Source: Klebsormidium nitens (taxonomy: Eukaryota; Plantae; Klebsormidiophyceae). From it: DNA of 64,000 bases. The translations under genes were made by a program, and so were the position numbers. Location: NCBI GenBank assembly GCA_000708835.1, contig DF237151.1, positions 82,592-146,591 of the forward strand, in the 5' to 3' direction. Within the stretch, counting starts at the first letter, position 1; each line of letters starts with the position of its first letter. Shown here in pieces: positions 42,401 to 52,937 of the stretch. The notes beneath the pieces were generated by a model. That model saw only the letters and a list, made by a program, of their open reading frames with translations, was not told where the DNA came from and did no database searches.

Positions 42401-44222
42401 ATCCGGATCTCCAGACGCGAACATATTCAATTAGATAGAAAGAAGAGGCGCGGAATGCTCACCAGCAATCGGTACCGCGGCTCGAATATGAACCGTTCAA
42501 TCGTCTCCCCAGGGCACGGTGGCGGGTACACCAGAAACAGCGGCAGCTTCGCCACCATTCCAGGCGCCAACCGCGGGTCCCGTTTCCAGGGGGTCCCCTC
42601 CCGGCCCTCCATACCCCCCCTTTCCGAAACCAGCCGCCCGAACCGCCGCTCTAGCGACGCCTTCCGCAGCTCGATGTACTTGTTCGTGACCTGGAGTGCG
42701 TCCAGGATCTCTTCCGGGTTTTCCGGGCTTCTCCAGAGCGTTTTCTCCTCCGAGGCCCTGTTGGGCGCGCTGGTGCTCGCTCTGCGGGTGCTGTTTGGCG
42801 CGGCGCGGGCGTTTATGGGGCCCTTGAGTTTCGAGCGCCACCAGCGGAAGAGGGATTCGAGCGACTCCAGCTTTTCGTCGGAGCGGTGGAGGGTGCGCCG
42901 GCGCTCGGCGCGCGACGCGTCCGGCTTGGCCGGACGAAAGAGCTCGCGGCTGATGACGTCACTGCATCAGGAAGAGATGGCATGAGCGTAAAAGAAAATA
43001 AATGCTGCAACGATTTGTAAAGCAGTGGACAACGGACTTCGTAAAAGCACCAAGAAAAGTGTCCTGGATGATATGCATAATGAGGACAAAGGTCAGCTTC
43101 TTTCTTGGCAGAAGGTGGTGACGTCACCTGCTAAAGTCGGAGCAGGCAAGCCAACAGTTTCAGGCAGTTTGGGTTGTAGTCCGTGCGTTTTAACAGAGGT
43201 CGAAGCGCTTCTACTCTGAAAGTTGGCGAGGACTCGGCCGATAGGTATGCAATACTTGAGTCGCATTTGTCTGTACAGCCGGGGTCTAGGCGGTGATAGC
43301 GTTTTCACCTTTTGTCAAGTAGCGAACAGTACGAGGCAAGTTGCACCACACCCTCGCCCGGAACGCCCGAATTCCCAGCCAAACATTCGACACCGAAAAG
43401 CAAAGGAAGAACGGGGCGTTAACCAAGCAGTCGTGCCTCTAAGCCACACCAAAGGTCGCATGAACTAATGTCCAAAATCCGCGTCCTCTGTCGACTTACT
43501 CAAAGACACAGGTGCCGGCGAAGCGGGGTGCGCCGATTGCATCCTTGAGGAATGCGGCAAAGGCGTCAACAGGGATCACACCGTCTCCTGTAAACAAAAA
43601 ACACGAAATCGTCTGCGCATTCGTGCTCTCCTCATTGGTCTCTCTTGTTCTTGCTCGCTCTCCAATGTTGGATTTCGCCTTCACTACTGAGCAAAGTTGT
43701 CCGACGAGTTCCTAGCTTGGACGATATTGCCGATAAGTACCGTGGAGAACGTGCCTCTAAAAGTGGGACTCAGCACGTACACAAGCCAGCTTTCCCTCTG
43801 GTCAGAAACCGCGCCTACGCTGCAAAATTTTCAGCACTGGGCTTTGGATCGAGAAGTGCACCGCAGACGTCACACGGGGCCCCAAATCGGCAGCTCGTAA
43901 CTCCGCGACTTCTATTCCCGTTCCTGTCAATAGAAAGCAGCATGCTTTCGTACTGCTCACCATAAGAAGATTCGACTTGACGGTACCCTCTGCTTTCTTT
44001 CCAAAAAGGCACACGGCTTACCTTCTGAGTAGAGCGCAAGACCGCAGACTCCTTTCGAAGCTCTTTGGTCGCCGTAGTAGAGCTGCGATTGCAATGGGCC
44101 GTCGTTCATGACGGATCCCCCTGCAGCGGACAGCACGGAGGTGGGGGTAGAAAACACGCCCGCTTTGGCCCCCTCAGGAAAGAGACTTGTCAGCCGCTCG
44201 CGGAAGGCGCTGTGGTCAAATC
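39425..44222 (-). CDS. LON peptidase N-terminal (substrate-binding, PUA-like) domain protein, at least 7 exons; first exon/ATG not located
   Basis: Phase-compatible GT-AG exons 44022-44222, 43500-43587, 42463-42961, 41719-41894, 40642-40789, 40005-40091 and 39425-39553 (TGA). The joined protein contains KLPLFLVYPPPCPGETIERFIFEPRYRLL|ARHCVEEGSPLGV...GLQRFRL...FGLYVAEVEFFDD...DPVAVSFALAEALP...KQRWLAGTCTRQRL, the LON_substr_bdg pattern (LPLF...IFEPRYRL...G.RFR...A.VE). Confidence 0.85.
41990..42062 (-). repeat. Degenerate partial copy of the neighbouring LON-domain exon inside an intron
   Basis: cccgtggcgaggggtagagagcacacgttgagcgggctgcc (42003-42043) vs cccgtggcgggatcggggtctagggagcacacgccgagcgggctgcc (41827-41873). 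Confidence 0.8.
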
Positions 44223-47099
44223 CTGCGGAGGCCGAACAGAGGTTGAGATGACTGTAACGAGCCAAGTCCACGTCGCAACTGTGGAAAAATGCGGATTTTT
44301 TGAAAATAAGGCCTTGAGCACGTTATAGCCAGAGGACATTAAAGGACTTGGTCGATGAAGTAAGGAACGACCGGAACATGCCAAGAGTCGCATAGCTTGC
44401 GGGCAGCTGTGCTTCGATAGAGCTTGTGATGAGCGATGTGATGATAGTCAGTAGCCAATTCATATCAACTCAAAGATTATGCTCAAGGCTGATTCATTTT
44501 CCTATCGATGAAGGAATGAAACTCCTGCTACGCTGCATTAGATTGTGGTCAAAGGCTCGGTCCTCTCGCCCAGTGCAGTCTTACACGTATCCTCAGCGCA
44601 CCCACAAAACAGTAACAAAGGCAAACATGACGCGACTAATGACATCAAAGACGCCATGTTGAGCTGTGCGGAGAATTCAAGACCAGTCCGAGCCACAAGC
44701 AACACCTCTCGTCAATCTTGTGCAGCCAGAGGTCCAGTAACCTCAGAAATCAGCGACAGACGAATCGCGAAGAGCGTCCCATGAAAAAGGGGGTGATTTG
44801 GTTCAAAACGCTAGCATCAGACGAAGAATAACTGTCCAGAGCGCTCATGAGACGTTTGGGAAACGGCCTCATCCTGGAATTTGCATCACTGCTGCTTGTC
44901 GGTCACTTTCGCTCGTGACAAAGTGTTAGCCAGAGTAGGCAAAACAGTAGATGCGTCACTGTCTGATTCCCTGGTAAGTTCCAATGACGTTGAATCGATC
45001 GGAGGCACGTCCGAGGCGTGAGGATCATTCACACCCGTTGGGCGATCACAAACGGACCTTCTGAAAAGGGAGTTTGCTAGTGTTTAGGGCAAAAGCAACG
45101 AGAACGTCTGGAATGCTTAAGTGGGTAAGAAAAGCGTTGTCCAAGGGTACGCACGCTGTCTGCAAGGCTGAACACAAACGCTGTTTCAAAGTGGAAGGAA
45201 GTTACTGAGTGCACTTGAGGACTATTGATGTAAAACCACATTCGGTGATGGCTAATGACATACAAGACCCCCAAATGCGAAGCAGCATCAGCGTGCGACT
45301 CGAGGTACAAAAAGATGTGGGAGGGATCTGGAATCTGTCCCCATTATTGACGCATCACGGCCTTAGCTGCAAAGAAAAACAATCCAATGAAGTCATGGAA
45401 AAACTGATTGAAACGATGGATGCACCGCAGCCAATGACGTGTCAAAGAAGCGACACAGGTGCCTAACTCACGAAGGTCCGCTTTGGCCCATAAGATAGGA
45501 AGGCCGGACTCAGATCCGATCACGATCAGTCGGGTTCATGTTGGCTGCTCGCAGTCGCCAGCACAATGGATTCAACGGACGAGCAGCGAAAGAAACGTTT
45601 TCGTTGGCGAAAAGCATCCAATTGTGAACCGCCAGAAGAGCTGACAAGCTTCTGAGATTGCATGGCATTTCACATCTCTGTGAAAACGACTATGCCCCTC
45701 GCACCGGTCAATCCGGCCACAAGCCTCGCAAAAGCTGCTTCGCACGTTGCGAGCACGAAGCTCGCAAATCTCTTGTCAAATTTGTCAAACGGGAACAATG
45801 TGCTTGAAATAGTTGTACGTTCAAGCCTTGGAGAAGGACGGCGAAGACTGCACGTGCGCTTGCTCAGAAAGCAACCAAGGATTATTGTCAGGCCTTAGAA
45901 CGGCTCTCACCCCTTTACAAAACGGTCACAAGTGCCAAGCGGGAAGCTATTCCAGACCAACCAACCAAGGACCTTGCTGACGACAAGATGACACTTGTCC
46001 TGACGCGATGTCGAGCATCAGTACACTGTGGACAGAAGCGTGGAACGCCCACGTGTCCCTATCTGCTCGGGCACATCTTTGCTGCACAAGGCTCATATTT
46101 GACAATGTGGCGTTCTTGACAAGATTGTCAATGCATGCACCAATTCTCACTGCCCCTTCATCCAATCAGATAAGCGAAGTTGGCGGCAAAAGTCGGCGTC
46201 CAGTCTGCGGGTTTGCACGAAAACGGCCCAAGAGATGCATACATGTAGTGACAAAGTCACGGTACTCTGTGACAACCGAGTGTACATAAGCGGCGATGAC
46301 TGATGTTAGAAAAGCGTTAGGCCTCAAAAACAGGTTGAAGGCGGGGCTGAGTGCCCGAGTGGCCTCACTCGCCTTTTAAGCATTTGTGCGCTTGCAGAGA
46401 GCAAAAGAACTTTTGAGACGTCGACAAAGCAACCCAGTCAAAGATCCGGGAGCAAGATTGTCTTAGAGCCTAGGAAAGCCTCTTGTACTCGATGACCCGG
46501 AGTTTAGGATACTTTCAGTCAGGGTCTTCATTGGTTTCCGGGTTTCTTACAATGAGTTCTTTCAAAGCAACGATACAGTCCAGGCCCAAAGCCGGGCATC
46601 GAGAAATTCAGGATCGGACTAGGGCGACGTCTTAGTGTTTGCCCGCTTCAAAACCTGTCCTCGTCACAAGCAGGGAACACGAGCTGGTGCAAGAAGCATT
46701 TCATACCAGAAGTTATTTCAGGAGTTGAGAGCGTGAAACGCTTACGCCGATCATCCCGTGTACTAGCCGCGAGACGGGAGATTCAAGCGCCAACCGACAC
46801 TAACAAAACTCCAAAGCATACCTGAGGGGCTCAAAATTGTATATGAAACTCCTTCCCAAAAGAACAGTCCAGACGTTTATCGAAAAAAGCTGCAGCTTCA
46901 GAACCTGCGGTTATAATTTGGGCAAGCACTCTAAGAATCGCCCCAGGAAGGTGCATGCATCAATGCTAAGCAGGGACCACCGAGGTGACAGAATACTTGC
47001 CACGTAAGCAGAAAACAATCACGACGATTGTTTGAAAGCGCTCCAAGGCTTTCTTAAGAGTAAAACGAAAGCATAACCGTTGACTTGACAACCAATGGC

Positions 47100-50000
47100 A
47101 AAAATCAGTACCTAGCCCTACTCTTTCAAGCTGCGTTCATCCGGAACCTTCCAGCGTCCAGATCCAATGACCAATGGGCCCCATCCTCTTGTCAGGGGCC
47201 CAGCGACATGGCCTTTTTCATTGCCAGAGAAGAAAGAGCCGTCGCGAATCGAACGACTGCATGTCAAGAGAGGGATGTCGAACGAAGCGCTTTACTTGTC
47301 GTTACAGAGATTTCTGTAGTCAAGACAACGTGAGGCCGCAAAGTGCGAGCTCGAACATTTCTGAGAACAGCTTCCAAAGATCAAGAAGGTTTCTCGGCCC
47401 ACGTCACCCGGCGGCCCCAGAATCATGCTTCTTGTCATTGCTGAAAGGAATGCAACTGTTAGAACGTCTCCTTGCTCAAGCTTAAGCGTCAGATGCAGCC
47501 CTCTGTTTCGGGCACGCACACTTTGCAACAATTGCTTCCGGTAGATAAATGAGGCCACCGAGGGCAACAACGGAATAACCAGAAAGAAGAGCACGCTTAG
47601 TCTTCGACGGGATGTATTATCGTCGATTCAACACCTAGGCGGAACGTGAAGTCACAAACGCGCACAATTCGACACCTGCAGGATTCAAGAAAGGGACTAC
47701 AGTGGGCCCGCACTTATTGCGGGCCCCATGTCGTAGCATCTTTCATCGCAGAAGCCGTTACCGCTTCTTCGTGTGCAACAAGGATTGTCAGATGAAGCCC
47801 TTTATTCAACGGACATGCACTTTGCAAGCGGACACTTCAAGGTGCATTCAAAAATGGGCATGTATACTTGAAGAGATCACCGAGGGGGAAGTAACGTCTG
47901 TCCCGCCAGAAGTTAAGAGCAACGACCGTCGATAGACCTACTTCCTGTGGCGTGACTGCTCAGTCGAGGCCAAAAAGTCCTGGGTGCGCAAAGTGTATAT
48001 TTGCGGCGTCGGGACCACGGCTTCATTGAACCGCAACTTGTTGTGGGCCTGGCGACTTGGCACTGATCATCGCCCACTGCGAAGCAATTAATACAACCCC
48101 TCCCTACCAAAGCTTGAGCATCAGACGAAGCGCTTTGATTTTGCATGCGATCTTTACAACCGACGCACTTGGCGAACGGATATTTCTGGGTGATATAACT
48201 ATTGCTACGGACAAACGAAGAAAACACCATTCATCAAGATGGACGAAGTCGGAGACGAGTCAGCGGCAGCATAGCCGTTGACACGACAACTTGTTGTGGA
48301 GCGATCCAGTAGCCGAGGCCATAAACTCCTAGCTGCGCACTTTCTAGAAGCTGCAGCGTCCACCACAAGAAACACTGGGCCCGTATGGTTCCGCGAACCC
48401 GGGGATGTTACCATCCACCATTGCTGAAGGAGAAGCAGCCTTAACGGCTTCTCTGTAATCAAAGGGTCACTGTCAATTCACAGCCTTTCTCTGGAGCACG
48501 AGTACTTGGCAACCGGACACTTCAGGATGATGTGATTGGTTCCTCCTTACAGACAAAGACATCAACAAGAAGTGGCAGGCACGGACGGTGCGGCCAAAAG
48601 TCAAGTGCAAGCATAGCCGCTTACGTGACCCCTATCGTTTCAATTCCATTTTGGGCTGTAAACTCCGAGCTCTGAACTTGCAGCGTCCACTGCCCAAATC
48701 TGCCATTGGGCCCGCAACTGTGGCAGGCCCAGAGATATGTTATCTGTCCTTGCTGAAAGTTTAAACGGCTGCATCTGCTACAATCTCTCCATGGCAAAAG
48801 CAAAAGTGCTAGACGAAGCCTTCTAGTTTTGTGCACGCGCACTTTGCAACCTGACACTTCAGGGCAGGATCAAAAATCTATGATCATTACGCTCAGACGA
48901 AGATACGGGGAAACGGAAAGCGACGTCGCTCCCACCAGTGTGAGAAACTGGTCGCGGATGGAGAACCAAGATCATAAGATCTTAGCTGTGCACTTTGAGA
49001 GAGGTCCAGCAGTCACTAGGTGGGCCCACATCTTACCGAGGGCACAGATATCTGCCGCTCGTCATCGCTGGAAAAGCAGCAGACAACAAAGTTCTCTATG
49101 TCCAAAAACGAAGAGTTAACCTTTTCTTCAACCGCAGGGGCGATTGCTACCGGACGTTTCAAAGTGGACTTTCCGATTCCTACACACGGACGCCAGAATC
49201 CTCAATTTTTGCCAGGCGACTAAAGCCGCGTTAAGATGTAGCATTCTACTCTGGAGAAGGATCCTAGCCGAGGCCGCAAACTCCTGGCGAGCAGATGCCA
49301 GCAATTGCAGCGTCCGCAACAGAGCCACATTCTGGGCACGCAACTTGTTGCGGACCCAGAGATGTGCCTTTTGTCGTCGCTGGAAGAAAAGCAGCTCTGA
49401 GAACTGTTTCAAGGCAAAAAGTAGCATCAGATCATGCGCTTCATCTGGGACAAGCACACTTCGAAACCAGACAGGGCTATTTCGTTCAAACCAAGCAACG
49501 ACGATCCCTCAGAAGTCAAGCATGCGCATAGCCGTCGAAAAGCCAACTTATTCTGGAGTGAGTAACCAGCCAAGGCCGTGATCTCCTAGCTGCGCACAGT
49601 TTGAGACTTGCAGCGTCTAGTCAAGCAAAATCAAAAGGTGGGCCCGCATCTCCTTGCAACTTAGAGGTGTGCCTTTCAGCATAGGTGGAAAAGAAGCTGT
49701 GACAAGGGCATGCCGCAAGCATCAAACGGCTATTTCTGGCGCAAACCACTTTGCACCCCGACACCGAGGGAATTTCTGACTGACGCTAAGGACAAAGAAA
49801 ACGATCACGGAGAAGCGGAAGGCGACGACGGTCCCCCCCCAATGTCCGGGACAAGCGTTGCGGTCGGTTTGACACTCTATCATGAAGCGACATCTAGGCA
49901 CAGCCGCAAAGTTCAAGTTGCGCACATTCTGAGTTGCAGCGTTCACTTCCACCATATCCATTGGGCCCGCACCTTATGGCGGGCCCACAGATGTGCCATA

Positions 50001-50600
50001 TGTCATCGCTGAAGGACGGCAACTTTGCGTTTTATGGTTGAACACAGCGTGGAGTGTCAGATGAACCCTTTTATCTGACAACGCAAGTGCACCTCTGCTA
50101 CCAAACACTTCGAGGTAGTCTAGTTGATTACCACGTACAAACCAAGAACTCAGTAAGGAGCGGAAGCAAGCAAGGGTCCGCCACCCATTGAAAGCAAGCA
50201 TAGCCATCGACGTGCAGGTCATTGTGGAGTAGGAATCTAGCCGATGCCGCGAGGTTCAAGCTTCCGCTCAAGAGTGCAGCGTCAGGTTCAAGACACAGGC
50301 TGAGCTCGTATTTTGTGGCGGGCCCATAGAAGTGACGTCATCGCTGAAGAAACAGCAACATTTCGGTTTCTCCATGGACAAAGTGTGGGCGTTAGATGAA
50401 CCCATTATCTGGTAGCGCAAGTGCACCTTTGCAACTAGACACTTCGAGGTGATCTAGTCGATCAATACTGCAAACGGGAGAATATGTCCCAAACATCGAC
50501 TCTAGACAGTATGACTGTGGGCATCCTTTGAAGAGCTACCCAGAACTGGGAACTCAAGGCCCCGATCCTGCTTAGCACATCACAGCCGTTCAGCACTTCC
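47100..50600 (-). repeat. Tandem array of ~11 degenerate ~325-bp exon+intron modules
   Basis: An anchor word (gcagcgtc or variant) recurs on + at ~47151, 47360, 47679, 48003, 48353, 48680, 49006, 49307, 49609, 49935 and 50277, mostly 300-350 nt apart. Each is followed by a gggccc stem and usually (g/t)tcatYgctg. Confidence 0.8.
49929..50030 (-). other. Structured intron element in the tandem array, with a perfect inner hairpin
   Basis: GGGCCCGC (49963-49970) / GCGGGCCC (49979-49986), flanked by ttgcagcg and cgctgaa. The minus-strand acceptor GAACGCTGCAACTCAG| is followed by AAT GTG CGC AAC TTG (NVRNL). Confidence 0.65.
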
Positions 50601-52937
50601 GAGTATGCTGAGAATTCCGCTTTAAAATATGATCGAAACTCTTTGCACGGGGCAGAGACAAGTATGCCAACAAAGCAAGCCAAGCAATACTATCGGCCTA
50701 AAACGTTGCCGAGAGTGCCAAGTATGACATGGCGCTCGAGTTTTTCCTGATGCTCTTTCTCAGGTCTGAGATATCGCCAATGTCAATCATTCCAAGATAC
50801 ACAGTTAGTAAGAACAGGACAGGGTGTCTGGTGGTCCTATGCTGGCCAATTCGACGAGAACCAAGAAAACTCGACCATGAACAGCTCCAAAACGCAAAGC
50901 AAGTGTTAGACTCAAAGCGTGACGTCTTTCAGCGTCGGTGTAGGAGAGAACCCGGTTGGCAGGCCATACGGTGGCCCTCCAAGCCTTTGACACTCGTCAT
51001 CGCTCTTCGAAAACTGCGCAAGAAGACACCCACTCGAGCGACCCTATGCTGACCTCGTTCTCCTTCGATTCGAGACACAGAGAGTTGAAACGCAATCACA
51101 CGAGTGAGCTTTAAGACGCAAAATGGAAAGTGCCTCCAGAATGGACGAGCCTTCAGTATCTGAGTTTCACGTTGAAAGCACCATAATGCGAAGCCTACAA
51201 GCGCGCCAAGCAGATTTAGACGACGCTCTTAAAACCCCTACCCACCAATCTGCACAATGCGAGAATTATGCGGACACACAAAAGCAGACAAGCCGGTGGT
51301 CAACCACATCAGCGTCTCCATGCACTTAAGCCCTCTTAGCTTCTCTTCTAGTCTGACAGACAAACAAATGCGCAACGGAGTCCAAGGGGCTTGGGAAACA
51401 TGGGAACCGTTGGAAGGAGTCTGCCAAACTGTGCTTTCAACGGCATAGAGATGCCTGCGGGCGTCAGCGCACCGTCTCGAGTGAGACGCCCTTTCGAGGA
51501 CTCAAACTCTTGAGGGCATCACGGCCAGTCTAAGGAAGCGCAAAGACGAGTAAGCAATCTGGTTGACAATAAAAGCCTCAACGGCACACAGAAGCACGGG
51601 GCGGAAATAATGAAAGAATCCAACTCGAGGATTGCCGAAGGTAATAACTTGGTAGATGGAAAGCGACGGGGGTATTAATTACTCCGCGGCCGTTTTGACA
51701 ACGGTGCTCAAACCAACCCAGAGGCAGGCAGTCCCGTGTAGCATCCACACTCTCGAAGACCGAGACTCCGGAGCACTACACAATGAGTCGCGAGCCAAAG
51801 TTCCGAAGCCGCAGTCATTCTTCAAGTTCAACGTGGCTTCTCAATGACGACATCTCAAGGGCAAACGTTGATCACAGCGTCCACAAAAAGTCCAAGACTG
51901 CGGCGCCTCTTGAAATGGCCCCAATTTTGTTTGTGTGTCATTGCTGTACGCAAGCAGTCTCGGATCGAAGAAACAATGGACTGGAAAAAAACCTCAGACA
52001 TGGTTGCCATATGGCAAATTGTGTGGGACTTAAAGAATGTCCTACAGATACTTGGTGCGAAGATCCAACCCCGAAATCACAGACCACGCTAAACGAAAGG
52101 ATCGAAGTTCCAAGAGACCAATGACATCAGCAACCTGGTCAAATAAAGGCCGGTTCTAAGTCATGTCGGAAAAAACTACATTTCTTGACGGGCTCATAGT
52201 GCAGGAGTCAAAGAAGACGATGAGGCTTCAAAGGTGCCCCAGCTACGAACGCAAATCATGGCCGCATAGCCAAGCAGGTAATCCATCCCAAACAGACCCG
52301 AAATCAAGCGAACGTTTGCGTCATTTTCGAAATCAAGCAGAAAGAAACCGGACCTAAGTCGCACAAGTACCCGCTAAGACCGGCTCACGGAACACTGCGT
52401 AACAACAAGCTTTCGTCAGATGGACGCAAACGAAGAAACAGAGGATCCACTCCCTGTCGGAGGCCAGGCTGAGCAGCATGTAAGTCTTTGGCACAAGGCT
52501 TTTGCGATCCTTTGTCAACTTATCTGGGCTGCACGAAGCGTCGCTTTCAGAGATTCTTCTGGGATATTCCAGTCCCAAACATGCATCGCTCGTCACTGCC
52601 AGGTGGCAGCCCTCAGCAACCCGGTAGCTAGCCATCTCCGCCTTCATACATTCACAAATGGCACAAGAGCTTGTCCTCCTGAACCTCTTGTCAACGATAT
52701 GACAGCCTGACTTCCAAACAGTAATTCATTCATGAAGCAATTCGGCGCTGTTCAGTTGCGACTCGCACTGCTTCTACAGAGCACATTGAGCGGATGCTCA
52801 AAACCTACTCCACTTGACGTGCACATTGCCAAAGTCCCAGATATGAGCAGGTATTGGCTGCTTGTACTCGCACATGCAGCTTTGCAGGTGAGAGACTCCC
52901 CTACGTAGACAAGATCTTTCCTAGGACAGCCACTCAC

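Larger units (their letters stand above)
44800..52000 (-). pseudogene. Degenerate LRR-type gene relic containing a tandem exon-intron array
   Basis: Minus-strand remnants CSRLTNLTRDL (~45780), LQSVRARNRGLHLTLKL (~47490-47530), HLEVSACK (~47830), NVRNLNF (~49910), QLDYLEVFGSRG (~50110) and RLDHLEVSSCKG (~50440), with in-frame stops. The same intron element is seen at 44810-44905, 45280-45360 and 51460-51525. Confidence 0.6.

Noticed and set aside
42389-42985. 198-aa plus ORF and alternative minus ORFs
   Set aside because: Shadows of the LON-domain exon 42463-42961.
47100-50600. CRISPR-like repeat-spacer appearance of the palindromic GGGCCC repeats
   Set aside because: The period is ~325 nt, the repeats are degenerate, the spacers are homologous LRR-coding exons, the context is eukaryotic and there are no cas genes.
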